In this document: one piece after another, positions 1-12,945 of the stretch
Layout of the letters: every line of letters begins with the position of its first letter
Position numbering within the stretch: the stretch's first letter is position 1
NCBI GenBank assembly: GCA_964016885.1
Contig: OZ024757.1
Span: 26,846,001-26,910,000, forward strand
Length of the DNA stretch: 64,000 nucleotides
Source of the DNA: Eledone cirrhosa
Lineage: Eukaryota
Reading direction: 5' to 3'
Position numbers and translations under genes: made by a program
Notes under the pieces: model-generated
The model's input: only the letters and a program-made list of their open reading frames with translations
Told to the model about the DNA's origin: nothing
Database searches by the model: none

Positions 1-552
1 TGTTTATGTATAATAAACAGATATAAGTCTCACTATAGTTATTTTATGCTGTGATCATGTCACAGCTACCTTGGCTGACTATGTGTTCATATATATCTCT
101 ATTAAACAGGTAAGTAGTAGTGCTAGTGCCACGAAAAATAGCACCCAGTTCACCCTGTTAGAGGTGATGCCATGAAAAAATGAACCCAGTACATGGCATG
201 AAGTGATTAGCTTTCGGGAGGGCATCCGGCCATAGAAACCATGCTAAAATGGAACATATGAACATATGAGCAAGACAGTTGCCTGACATTTGTCTAACCC
301 ATTCAAATATGGAAAATAGATGTAAAACACAGATGATGATATAATATGTATATATATATATATCAATGTTTAACTTCCATTTTTCCCAGCTAGCATGGGT
401 TAGATGAGTTGTTCCGTTGTGAGCCGGTCAGATGACCATGTCATGCTCACACAGAACTGTTTCTGGCTTGGTTTCTATGGCTGGATGCCCATCAAAACAC
501 CAACCATATTTACAGATAGAATGGATGCTTTTATCATAGCACCAAAATGACC

Positions 553-965
553 ACTTTATAGTGTGGACTGGGCGCTTTTTGTCATGTCAGCAACACAATC
601 ACTTTATAGTATGGACTGGGTGCTTTTTGTCATGTCAGCAACACAATCATCTTATAGTGTGGACTGGGTGCTTTTTGTCATGTCAGCAACACAATCATCT
701 TATAGTGTGGACTGGGTGCTTTTTGTCATGTCAGCAACACAATCATCTTATAGTGTGGACTGGGCGCTTTTTGTTGAAGCACCAAAACATCCAGTTTACA
801 GTGTGGGCCGTGAGCTTTTTGTTGAAGCATGAAAACAATCACTTTACAGTGTAGACTGGGTGCTTTTTGTCATGTCAGCAATGCCATCACTTTAGTGTGG
901 ACTGGGTGCTTTTTGTTGAAGCACCAAAACAACCACTTTACAGTGTGGACTGGGTGCTTTTTGTA
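553..965. repeat. 48-bp minisatellite derived from a SINE segment
   Basis: Unit TTATAGTGTGGACTGGGTGCTTTTTGTCATGTCAGCAACACAATCATC, ~8-9 copies. Confidence 0.9.
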
Positions 966-2096
966 GTGTTACCAAAAAAAATGCACCCAGATGACTTTGT
1001 TCTACCTATGTATCTGCCAGCCTACCTACCTATCTATCTACCAATCTACTATTGGAATTTGTGCTTTTAGTTGTTAATATGATAATTGTTTCTACGTTTG
1101 GCACAAGGCCAGCAAATACCCAGTGCATTACTGGTACTTTATTTTATCGACCCCGTAAGGATGAAAGGCAAAGTTAACCTCGACGGGATTTGAACTCAGA
1201 TCGTAAAGGGACGTAACTATGCTGGAAAGCATGGCGTCCGACCTTCTACCGATACTGCCAAATCACCGCCATGTTGTTAATATGATAATTGTTTCTACTT
1301 TAGGCACAAGGCCAGCAATTACTCAGTGCATTACTGGTACTTTATTTTATCGACCCCGTAAGGATGAAAGGCAAAGTTATGATGATAAGATCATATCTAT
1401 GTGTGTGATAAGATCATATCCAGTTGTTAATATGATAATGATGATAAGATCATATCTATGTGTGTGAGCTTTTCTTAATATTTAAATGTAATGTGCTAAT
1501 ATATTAGATAATATAATACACCCTCAAGAAAGGTGGTAAAAGATAACTCATAGACATCATCAGCATAAAAACAGAACAGCTAAGTTAATGTATTTAATGA
1601 AGCAACATAGCTGGTGTGTGTTTGTGAAATGCCCTGTGTGTTTGTGTGTATAAATTTTGAAGAGTTACAGGTGGAGAGATATATATAAATAAATATACCA
1701 ACACGTGGCATATAAGTTTGGTTAATTTTCACTCCCCCCATACCTTCTCTCTCTCATTCTGAGGTAATATTGTACAATGTAACCAAAGGGAGAATGTCCA
1801 TAGCTTGAATGCCTTTGGTCACTGTGTGTATGAATTATAAAATGTTACATACATATATATACATACACACACACACACACACACATATATATTAGCTTAG
1901 CAGACCTCAGATCGCTGAAGCTCACGGAGGAGATGACGAAGGACGGTGACAAGTGGAGAGATGCTGAATAGGAGCTGTCCCACCCTTGCAAACAGGGAAA
2001 CGCAGACGTAAAATGATGATGATGATATATATGTATATGTATATATATATATACACCCATTTATATACACACGCACATATATTTATACACACACAC

Positions 2097-2134
<38 letters not shown>

Positions 2135-2175
2135 GTGTGTGTGTGTATAGATATATGTATATATAATTTTAGCCG

Positions 2176-2206
<31 letters not shown>

Positions 2207-2662
2207 ACCAGAAGGGATATTCAATTTGTTGGTAATTCAGCAAATATAAATGGTTATAACTGATTCAGAGCACTCAACAGTTTCCTGTCCAAGGAAAACT
2301 TGAACCGTTAAGGTATATTCTCCTTGGTTATGCCAAAATTTATAAAACACACTTCGTATTTTATCTGATGAGAGCATACCAAAATTTTGGTACCCTTGAA
2401 ATATATAAAATAGAATAAATATGGTTTTATAAATATAGTTTCCATTTATTTAATATCATTGTATATATATATATATATATATATGTAGGAGGTGAGTTTT
2501 ATTGTAGTACAATAAAGCAATGCAGATATCGGATAAGAAGCACTCTACAGTTTGTAGGACTGGAGTATACATAATATAAGATACATGGAGTATACATAAT
2601 ATAAGATACTGGAGTATACATAATATAAAATACATGGAACTCCTTTAACCATCTTTTGATCT

Positions 2663-2710
<48 letters not shown>

Positions 2711-3152
2711 CAATAAAACAAAAGGCAATGATTGCTGCTTAATATCTTATATATTATTTTATTATCATATAACAAATATATATAATTAAATAGAAATACG
2801 TACATATAATCAATTTATGCACACACACACACACGCGGCGTATTACCACGGTTGATTATTTTAATTTTGCCACAAACCATGGGAGACAACTCTCCTTTGC
2901 TGTGCGCTAAGCAGACGGCATTTATTATAAAAGTATCTGTATATAAACAGAAGAGAAATAAGCGAGATTGCATAAATGTGTATATAAATTTACACATTTT
3001 TAGTATATGGACATGTAAATATTCCAAATATACGTATTTTCTTGTAAATTAAAAAAATTATAATTGGATTCCTCATCAGAAGATATAATATAATATAATC
3101 CTACTTGGATTCCTCATCAGAAGATATAATATATATCATCTCTCTCTCTCTG

Positions 3153-3185
<33 letters not shown>

Positions 3186-3244
3186 ATGTGTGTCAAGAAT
3201 TATCGGTAAACTATATTTCAAGCATTTGACATTTAAGAGGTTGG

Positions 3245-3420
3245 TTTCAAGGAGCTGGGCCGCCGATAACGAAGTTCTTGTCATCGTTTTCAACTCGCCT
3301 TACTAAAGAATCAGGTGATGCTCGTAGTGCGGATGCATGGTTATTCCAGCGTCTTAGCCTCGCCATCACATGTGACAATGCTGCAAGTGTGTTGGCTTGG
3401 CCGAAAAAAGTATTAGAGGG
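3245..3420 (+). mobile_element. CRE-clade non-LTR retrotransposon 3' fragment (RLE C-terminus)
   Basis: KELGRR..TKESGDARS..WLFQRLSLAI..DNAASVL resembles the CRE C-terminal motif. Confidence 0.6.
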
Positions 3421-4095
3421 AAGCTCCAGCGCCACCTGTTGCGCGTGGTTGAGTGTGCGGGTCTTCTCTCTCTTCTTTTTTTTTTTCTGTTAAGCACTGT
3501 ATAGTTTATATATCTGGAGCGTCTTATGTATATTAGTTTTACAATAACATTTCCCTCATTAATGGAAAAGCATGATGAACGAATCTCCCTATAACTCGAA
3601 AGTATTCAATAAATGAAAATATTAAGAGACGAAACTATTAAGCTGGGTGCCAAGCAGCCGATATGATGAAGGCACATGGAATTGTTCTCCATACCAGTGT
3701 CGCCAGAGCCCTGAAACACTTCTTCGAGTAGGTCCTATCAGAGGCAACCGTCTCAAACTGATCCGACTGGCTCCCTAAGCGAGACCAGCCAAGCTCATGG
3801 ATGTTATCCAACCATCTTGTTCAGGGTTTACCCCTGGGTCTCCTCCCTGTGGTTACCAATTTTCTTTTATCTACTTTTGGTCCGGGAACTTTTACACGAT
3901 ATCCTCAAAATTACAGAACATATATCTATATTTTACAGACAATCTCCACCTCCCTAATTTTAATAAGGCATTAAATGAAACAAAAACTGGTTGTGGCCAT
4001 GTCGAAATTAGTGCGACGAGAATTTTAGTGCCAAGAAATAAATGACCCCACGAAATTGTTTCCTCATAAATTTCTTAATGTTGCATATTTTTAAA

Positions 4096-4650
4096 TGAGA
4101 CATGAATCTTGGTCCGAAAGAATACGATCGCGAATACAAGCGACCGAAATGTGGTTCCTCCGAAGGGTCTTTGGAGTAGTTACTCGATAAAGTGCTTAGC
4201 TCAGAGATCAGAGAGTCATTCCAGGTAGAGCCGATACTTCTTGGACTTGGGAGATCACAGCTCCGATACTATGGGCATGTGGTTAGAATGTCTTAGGAAA
4301 GAATCGCTGGACAGATTTATAGCTTGAAGATCAGAGAGTCACTCCAGGTAGAGCCGCTACTTCTCCGAATTGAGAGATCACAGCTCTGATGTTACGGACA
4401 TATGGTTAAAATGTCCCAGGAAAGAATCGCTGGACAGATTTTACAGGCAAAACCAACTGGCAAGAGACCCAGAGGTAGACCCCTAGTAAGATGGTTGGAT
4501 AACATCCATTAGCATGATTTGGTCATGCTTAGAGATCCAGCCGGATCAGTTGGAGATGGTTGCTTCTGACAGGACCCACTGGAGGAAGTAATTGAGGAGT
4601 CTGCCCCCACGAATCCTCTCAGGAGTATGTGGACGAAGAAAACGACGACA
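4096..4650 (+). mobile_element. RTE-clade LINE 3' fragment (decayed RT C-terminus, internal duplication)
   Basis: Same family as 63088-63475, which translates RIQVAKMG..RVFGVTLLDRVRS..IERPQLRYYGHMVR..KPTGKRPRDRPRARWL; ends in a GAA/GAC-type tail. Confidence 0.8.
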
Positions 4651-5588
4651 TTTTCCTATGTTTAGGTGATCATTTTATATTTTTGGAAGAAGCTATTTTG
4701 CCGGTTAATATTCTTATTATGAAGGCAGGTAATGTTAAAAATAACAACACACAGAAGTTTATTTATTTTCACCACGAATTATTAAAACAATTTAAAATCT
4801 AACCATAACTATATCACTATTTATATTTACTGCTAGTTAGCCTGGGGGATCTATTTTACAGGGACAGGTAAAATAAGTTTTAAAAAAGCATGTTTGTCTA
4901 TTTTACCGGGACCGGCAAAATAGCTTATTCGAATATTTTAATATTTTTTCGCAATTAATTGTTGTAGAAATTACATTGTGTGCCCGTAGAAAATCTATGA
5001 CATTATCGGTGAGGATAAACATGAAATTGGAAGGAGCGACGGAAATAGTTCCTAGTTTACGTCTAGCTTCCAAACAAATAAATCTGTAAATGAAAGTATT
5101 AAAATGAAGTTTAGGGGTTTGTTGGGGTTTTTTTCCTTAACATAATCGCAAGCAGCACCACACTAACCGTGTATCTCTAAACAAAAAAATTCATAAACTT
5201 ATCAACATAGTTATAGTTGTGTTTTCTTACCTTTGGTTATTTTTGTATGAAAATCGTTCGTCGGCATGATTATTATTCTTTATGAAATTTATAGAAAAGT
5301 ATGCGTTACTATGATTTATGTCACCACAGATATTCATAACGTGCTAACGAGAAAGTATTAAAGAGGGATAAGATATCAAATTCTTCTGAGCCTTTCTTCG
5401 AAAAGAAAAATGAATCAACTTATCTACAAAACAATAATCTTCTGTCCGTGAAATATAAAATTTATCATACAAATAAATCAGGAAAAAACACTAATTAAAT
5501 TAAATAGAATAGTTAATTAAAAGTTTATTAGAAATACGAATCGGCAATATTTAAAAAAGAAAATAGCTCCACAAGATCCAAGCACCGG

Positions 5589-5625
5589 TACGCGCATGCG
5601 TAGTTGTTCTCCTACAACCGCCATT
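5589..5625 (+). promoter_or_regulatory. Putative SNRPE core promoter: NRF-1/ewg-like site and YY1-like site
   Basis: CGCGCATGCGTA (5591-5602) and CCGCCATT (5618-5625), a GC/CpG patch in AT-rich DNA 45-80 nt upstream of the ATG. Confidence 0.55.
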
Positions 5626-5668
5626 CCTTGAATTATTATCTCGTGTTTGTTATATATCAAAGTAAATC

Positions 5669-5719
5669 ATGGCTTACAAAGGTGGTCAGAAGGTCCAGAA
5701 AGTTATGGTTCAGCCAATT
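5669..5719 (+). CDS. SNRPE: SNRPE exon 1 ([17 protein letters not shown])
   Basis: ATG at 5669; followed by U12 donor GTATCCTTT at 5720. Confidence 0.95.
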
Positions 5720-8380
5720 GTATCCTTTAAGTATTCATTTTTGTTGTGTTATGTACTAATATCAATCTCTTGTATGATATATTTAGCTCTATATGTATAC
5801 AAATGTATGTCTGTCTACGAACACATGTCTACTTTTTTTAAATTGTTAATGATTGTTGCATAAATTCGGTGATGTATATGTAGTTTATTTAATCGTTTGA
5901 AGCTGATGATTCAGTGATAAGTATATATCGATACATGTTGGGAATCCTTATTTGAAATGCTTGGAACCGGAAGTGTTTCGGATTTTGGAATATTTATGTA
6001 CTTTATACACGGCATCTATCTATACAATGGGATGGAACGCAAATCTAAACATGATATATATATTTTATGATACAACGTATGCAGTATCGTTATAACGTTT
6101 GATAGAATGCATTGTGCTATTCGTTCTAGCTCTCGGGGTTAACTTTGCTTTTGATCCTTTCGAGGTCGATAAAAAAGTACAAGTTCAATACTGGGAAAGA
6201 TTCTTCCTCTATATCTCTTTCTCATTTCCTCTCTCTCTCTCTTCTGGAAGAAATCGGCTGTTCAGACCTGGAGAGAGGATGGGTTCCGCCAGGTTTAAAA
6301 TGCCCAAGACCCGCTATATGTAACTATGGTACCACTACGACACAATCAGTAACTACGGGACCATATTATACCACAAAACAGCTTATACATACACACTGCA
6401 TGTAGTTTTATATAAAGTAATATTAACTTTGCTAGAGCGAACCTTTGAACAAAATAAAAAAAATATAATTGTTCTCTTGTACTTATATCTTTGGATGGAT
6501 AAACAATTCCTTAACTTTTTCCCTAGAACTTGATTTTCCGTTACCTTCAAAACGTAAGTATTTACAATTTCTGTTTTTAATTTTTATTAAATAAATAAGC
6601 CATCTCTTTAACTAAATACAGGGTGTGCCCTCCCAAAAAAATGTATACACAAAGGTTGTGCATTCTAATAAATATTGCCTGTACAGGTAATCAAAGTGTG
6701 TATATATTTTTTTGCTGAGTAAGTCTTGATCTTAGCAGTATGGTAACAACTCTGATGATTTAAAAAAATAATTTTAATCATTAACCTACAATGATATCCT
6801 AAATGTTTATACAAATGTTTTCTGTTGCAGAGGTCGAGAATCCAAGTATGGTTGTATGAGCAAGTTAACCTACGAATTGAAGGATGTATTGTGGTGAGTA
6901 TTGTTTTTTTTTTCTTCTTTTAAATACTATATCTCAATCATACTTTTCATTTTTAGCATAGTTATGGAGACAGGTAACTGCGAGGTGCTGTTCCTGACAC
7001 CAACCATTTCACAGGGTGTAAAGGATAAAGAAGTTTCCCTCTGAGGCACAAGTCCAGGCAAGGTTGTTTGTGAAAGACCAGCAGTCGCCCATGCATACCA
7101 GTCTTCCCTCGTCGTGCCACCGATTTTGTCCAAGGGAAAGTCTGGCACCAGTGAGGTTGTGATCCATTTCTACAGCTGAGTAAACATGAAATAAAGTCTC
7201 TTGCTCAAGATCACAACCTGGTCCAGGAATCGATCTCATAACTTCCTGATTGTAAGCCCTGACACTCTTCTAAGGAAGGCACCTAATGTACTAGGTGTAT
7301 ATTATCAAGGTGCCGATACTAGGGAGATTGTCATGGTCCTCTTTACCCTACATTATCTCTGTTCTATGTAGAAACAAAAAAAAAATAGTAGAAACAATTA
7401 TCTCTGTTCTATGTGAAAGGCCAGCTACACCTGCAAAAGTGTGGGCTGTAGATTCTATTTAATTTTTCATTTCATATTGATAACTTATAACCCTTTAGCA
7501 TTTAAACTGGCCATATCTGGCTAGAATTCTCTCACCTCTTTCTGTTCAAACCAGCTTTAACTGGCCACTCATACTGATGTTAAGGTGTTGTTCTCAAAAT
7601 CTCAGATTCGATATTATACCAGGAAAATACAATAGTATATATAGAGTAATGTAAATGCTAAAGGGTTAAACTTGTTAAATTGAAATGTTTTAATTTACTA
7701 AATATGACCATATAAATTGCAGGGTTTTGATGAATATATGAATCTGTGTTTGGACGATGCTGAAGAGGTTTATATGAAAACAAAAACCAGGAAACAGTTG
7801 GGTAAGTGTTTGCATTTTAATTATTCTTCATTGTTATGAGTGTGTGGAGAAACAGACCCAACTGAATGATTGTCGTTGTCATGTCATGGCATGGGCTAGA
7901 TAGGACTTCATGAGGCAGTGTTTTACAGCCTGAGATCCTTCTTCAACCCTTTTTGTTGTTTCTTATGACATGTAGGGATACAGTAGATCTATTCTTCTTT
8001 CCTCTGTCCCACCGGTTTCGGAAGCCCCATAAAGGATCATGGGCACTGCCCTTCACTCCCTGACTAAAAAGAGAATATGTAAAGGCATGCAGCCTGGTGT
8101 TTACTGTTGGATACATGACAAGGTTGTGCATTCAATTCCCAGATTGGGCGGGACATTATGTTGTTGAATAAAACACTTCATATCATGATAAAACCAGGAC
8201 CTGTCATAAAAACCAGAGAAAGCCAACTAAATATGCAGAGGTGTAAGCTGTAAATTCCATTTCATGTTGATAAATTTACCTGTGTATCTAAACTTGTTCT
8301 TTTTTTTTGTTTTATTTTCAGGTCGTATATTGTTGAAAGGTGAAAATATTACATTATTACAACAGGTGGACCAGAAATAA
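5669..8380 (+). CDS. SNRPE: Small nuclear ribonucleoprotein E (Sm E), 5 exons: 5669-5719, 6527-6553, 6831-6893, 7723-7801, 8322-8380; 92 aa
   Basis: Spliced translation [92 protein letters not shown] has the Sm1 and Sm2 motifs of SmE. All introns are GT-AG, phases are consistent, total 279 nt. Confidence 0.97.
5720..6526 (+). other. U12-type (minor spliceosome) GT-AG intron 1 of SNRPE
   Basis: 5' site GTATCCTTT; branch point TTCCTTAAC at 6507-6515, ending 11 nt before the end of the AG (6526). Confidence 0.93.
5932..6075 (+). mobile_element. Tigger/pogo-like left end (resembles Tigger4/MER46)
   Basis: TA-CATGTTGGGAATCCTTATTTGAAATGCTTGGAACCGGAAGTGTTTCGGATTTTGG...GGGATGGAACGCAAATCTAAACA; match is from memory. 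Confidence 0.5.
6527..6553 (+). CDS. SNRPE: SNRPE exon 2 (NLIFRYLQN), 27-nt exon
   Basis: TTCCTTAAC branch site, CTAG acceptor, GTAAGT donor. Confidence 0.95.
6831..6893 (+). CDS. SNRPE: SNRPE exon 3 ([21 protein letters not shown])
   Basis: TTGCAG acceptor, GTGAGT donor. Confidence 0.95.
7491..7665. mobile_element. piggyBac-type MITE in SNRPE intron 3
   Basis: Same TIRs, right flank TTAA. Confidence 0.8.
7723..7801 (+). CDS. SNRPE: SNRPE exon 4 ([27 protein letters not shown])
   Basis: Sm1 motif GFDEYMNL; TTGCAG acceptor, GTAAGT donor. Confidence 0.95.
8322..8380 (+). CDS. SNRPE: SNRPE exon 5 ([18 protein letters not shown])
   Basis: Sm2 motif; polypyrimidine tract + CAG acceptor; TAA at 8378-8380. 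Confidence 0.95.
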
Positions 8381-8688
8381 AGGATTTCATTATACTAAAA
8401 CTCCTTCTCTCCCTCCAAAAAGAAGGCTGACAATGCAGAATAGATCTTGAAGGACAGAGAGGAGGTGATCAAGCTTGTATGATATGGACTATATATAATT
8501 ATCCCCTTTACATTTTTTTTAAAAACCAAGTTTGATGGCGGCCCTTGGTAATAACTTACAAAGGACTACTCAAATGTGTGGATGTGTGTGTGATCTGTGT
8601 GACTAAATAAATTCCATTATAGGTGTGGATGGATGAGTAACTGTTATTTTATATCTCGCAACTTAATTCCATTCAACTTCACTTCATC

Positions 8689-8725
8689 AATAAACTTGTA
8701 GCCATTTTGTTTTTTGTTTGTTAGT
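8689..8725 (+). terminator. Probable SNRPE polyadenylation signal
   Basis: AATAAA at 8689-8694 followed by a GT/T-rich downstream element; alternative AATAAA at 8606-8611. Confidence 0.55.
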
Positions 8726-8882
8726 TCTTTTGTTTACCTTTACTCTGGCCATACTGTGGCACTGAAATTAACCCTTTAGCATTTAAACCAGCCATATTCC
8801 AAATACTGACTTAATAATAAGAAAGTAAGTTATTTTACCAAATCATTTCAAAGTCTTAATGTTATATTCTAAATAAGCTTAA

Positions 8883-9063
8883 CCCTTTAGCATTCACATC
8901 ACTCTATATTTACTATTGTATTTTTGCAGTAAAAGCTTTATCTCACATAATATCGAATCTATGAGATTTTGAGAACAATACCTTAAAACTATGAGAGGCC
9001 AGTTGTAGCACAGTTTGACCAGAAAGAGGTGAGAAAATTCTGGCCGATTTATATGCTAAAGGG
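8883..9063. mobile_element. piggyBac-type MITE (with adjacent fragments 8770-9490)
   Basis: TTAA-CCCTTTAGCATT...ATGCTAAAGGG-TTAA. Confidence 0.75.
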
Positions 9064-11534
9064 TTAAACCTCGAGCATATCCGGCCAGAATTTTCTCACC
9101 TCTTTCTGACATTAAGGTTATTGTTCTCCAAATAAATAATATCAAAATATCAGATTTGATATTATGTGAGGTGAAAATACAATAGGATATATCGAGTTTA
9201 ACCAAATATACACCCCAATCCACTACCTAAATGAGATCGAGTTTGTGTAGGTGTCACGAGAAAAAAAAAAAAAAAACACAGTCCACGCTGTAATGTGGCC
9301 GTGTAGGTAACACGGTAAAAAGTTCCACACTGTAAATGTGGTTGGTGTTAGGAAGGGCAGATAGTCCTATATGAGCGAGACACGGTCACCCGACCAACCT
9401 TGCCTCAAGTGGGACAACTACCGTCTGACCCATGCTAGCGTGAAAGATGGACGTTAAACGAAGATGATGATGTAAATGTTAAAGGGTTAAGACAGCAAAA
9501 GAGCCAATTAGTCAAATTGGACCAAGGAAACAGAGTTTCCATTGCTGGTGGGTGGCACACAATCTACACTGTAAATTGGTCATGTAGGCATCACAAGAAA
9601 AGTAGCCAGTACTAACTGTAAATGTGGTTAGCGCTAAGAAGGGCATTCAGCTGTAGAAACCAAGCCCAAATCGGTTCTGAATGAGCAAGACATGGTCACC
9701 TTACCTGGCATTGCTTGCAACAGGATAGCTCGTCTAACCCGTGCCAGCATGAACAAAAATGGACGTTAAATGGTGATGATGAAATTAAATAAACAAAGGA
9801 CAAAAAATTACAAATGAAAGGTAAATTTAATAAAAATTGCAGCCAACAGTTACAATTTGTTTAGTTTTGTCTTTCCATGGTCTTTCACAGCTTCTAACAA
9901 ATTAGAACAAAAAGTAAACAGCAACTTAAATAATTTTCTACTTTTGGCACAAGGCCAGCAATTACCCCAGTGCATTACTGGTACTTTATTTTAACGACCC
10001 CTGTAAGGATGAAAGGCAAAGTTAACCTTGGTGGGATTTGAACTCAGACCGTGAAGGGCCGTAACTCTATGCTGAAAGGCATGGTGTCCGACGCTCTACC
10101 GATTCTGCCAATCCACCAGTAAATGCTTGAAATTTGTTGGGGTTTCATTCTTTTTCTTTTTAAATAGACTTTCAATGTCTGTATTAATTAAAATCATAGC
10201 TGAATAATATAACAATAATAAAATTATTATTATTAAACAAAGTAGATTACAAAATAATTTAAAAAATTAAAAGTAAATAACTCTCCATTGTATTTTCATG
10301 AAAGTGTAAGTATTTTTTTTTAATTTGTTTTTGTTTTTATTTTTTTTCTTCACAGTCTAAAACAATTTTCTTTTCATAAGTCTTTTTGAATATTTTTGTA
10401 TATATATATATATACATATATATATGTATAGACACATATGTGTCGTTATATATATACATATCTAATCACACACACATAGATATACATATCTGTCCACACA
10501 TGTATGTATATGTTGTTATATATGTATGTATATATATATTATCTATATGTACGTGTGTATTAGTTTCCATTATCAGAAGAAAGTGGGAAGGTGCTAGAAA
10601 TTATTTCTTTAAATTTACTTGTTATTTTTTCATTTAAATATCTCATTTTTTTAAATCTTAAAAATCTAAGATTTACATTTTAAAAAAAACAACAACAAAA
10701 AAAATACTGTCATTTGGATATTAAGTTTGTGCATGTCACCCACATATTACTACACTTTTCAAGGCCACCTTAATGTCTTGGTGACATGACAACCCCCACT
10801 ATACACTCCCATCAATGCCACTCCAGTACTGGTGCTATAACAATGCACTCACCCAGCCCACACTATCAGGTGGTAGTGCTGGTGCCACAATAAAAAAAAA
10901 CATCCAGCCCACTTTGCCAGGTGGTTGTGCTGGAGCCATGATAAAATACACCTAGTATGGTACTAGTGCCATAAGAAGCACCCAGTCCACTCTGTAAAGT
11001 GGTAGTGTCAGAGACATGATAAAATGCTTTCGGGGGTTGCTATAGGGTGATTGATGTTAGGAAGGACTTCCAACCATAGATAACCAAGCCAATATCGGAT
11101 TATATGAGCAAGACATGGCCACCAGCCCAGCCTAGCCTCAAAGCATGACAGCCTACCAAACTCATGCAAACATGGAAAATGCATGTCAAGTATTGATAAT
11201 ACAAACTAAGGAGCGGATAGAATGACCCCAGCCTGAAATTGGACTAACACTGTATCCTATGGGACATACATATCCCTTTATCTCTTACACATACATACAC
11301 TCATGCATACATATGGATACTCTGAGCATTCAGTTGTCCAATCAACTGTTCACAAACTCATGAAATTAATGTGCAAGTGGCCGAGCATTCCACAGACACT
11401 TGTACCCTTAATGGACAGAATCAATATGACACTGCATGTGACAAGGTTGGCCCTGTGAATAAAATTGGCAGGTGGGAGGGGCAGTATTGAAAAATAAACG
11501 TCTTGGTTGTGTAGCAACATATTGAAACTCCTAA

Positions 11535-11742
11535 CCCTTTAGCATTTAAACCAGCCATAACTGACCAGAATTCTCTCACCTCTTTCTGTTCAAACTGGCT
11601 GCAACTGGTGCCTCATACTGATGTTAAGGTATTGTTCTCAAAATAAATAATATCAAAATCTCATAGATTCAATAGTATGTGAGGTGAAGCCTTTACCATG
11701 AAAATATAATAGTAAATATAGAGTAATGTAAATGCTAAAGGG
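11535..11742. mobile_element. piggyBac-type MITE
   Basis: Same TIRs and internal sequence. Confidence 0.8.
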
Positions 11743-12504
11743 TTAAAAGTAGCTATGGAACTTAGAACGATTTGTTGCCTTTTTGGCACTAACAAGGTCA
11801 TATTTTCATAAAGAATTTGGTTATATTTGAAGTATTTCGTTGGTGATGACTTCACACTAGGCATGCTACGCTAACTGGAAGGAACCTTATTAATTTCCAG
11901 CATAGACCTTCATGTTTAGTTGTTCAACAGTTTAGGACTTGGGACCCAAGCTCCGGAAAATCCAAGACATACTGTACAGTTGATTGTGTGTAAACCATCC
12001 TCTAGCTATGGTACCATGGCATTAGAAACATGTGTAGGATCGACATTGTCTGATACTATGGAAAAATTTACAGCTCACACCTATGTATGTTTAGCTGGCC
12101 TCATATGAAGATGCATCTCATAAGAGGTTTTTTAGCTGTTTTAATGATAAGGACACAAGTCCTTTCATGAAAAGCAATGTGAAATGAAATGTCTTGCTCA
12201 AGAACAAAATATGCAGTATGTTCCTGGAATTGAACCCACAACTTTATAATTGTGAGTTCAACACCCTAACCGCTAGGCCATATGCCTGGCACTATGGCAG
12301 TGAAGTGATGTTGTATAAGCCCCAATATCTATACACCATTATTTGGCACTATGGAAAAATAAAAAAATTGAAATTTAGCTAACACTTATGCAGGTCTAGT
12401 TAACCTCATATGAGGTTGTATCTCATAGAAGCTTTACAACTATAGCACTGTTTGGTACTATGATTATAAAATCCTGTTGTATAAGTCCTCTTATATATAG
12501 TACT

Positions 12505-12945
12505 ATATCCGTCTCTTCATTGCTACAGTGGAGTCTGTGCTGCTGTACAGGTTTGAGACTTGGACACTGACCAAGAAACTCACTGAGATGGTGGATGGGT
12601 GTTACACAAGAATGCTGAGGATGGCTCTGAACATTAATCAGTATACACTGAGGTTGAAGAACTCAGAGCTGTACGGGAGCCTCCCAAAAGTCAACTCAAA
12701 AGTAACACAGAGGAGACTGAGGTTAACTGGACATGCTCACTGGCATTCTGAGTTGACACTGCACTCAGTGTTCCTGTGAGAGCCCCTGCACGGACACACT
12801 AGAAGAGGGAGACCGAGGTTGACATATGTTGATGCCCTAACTCTTGGAGACGCAGGACATGGCAGCGATGATGAGGGACAGAGCAAAGACTGCTGGAGAG
12901 AACTCGTCCATGGATCTCAGGAATTTTACCTGCCCTAGATAGATG
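12505..12945 (+). mobile_element. RTE-like LINE 3' fragment (second family)
   Basis: ATVESVLLY..ETWTLTK..DGCYTRMLRMALNI..RRLRLTGH..RRGRPRLTY. Confidence 0.8.
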
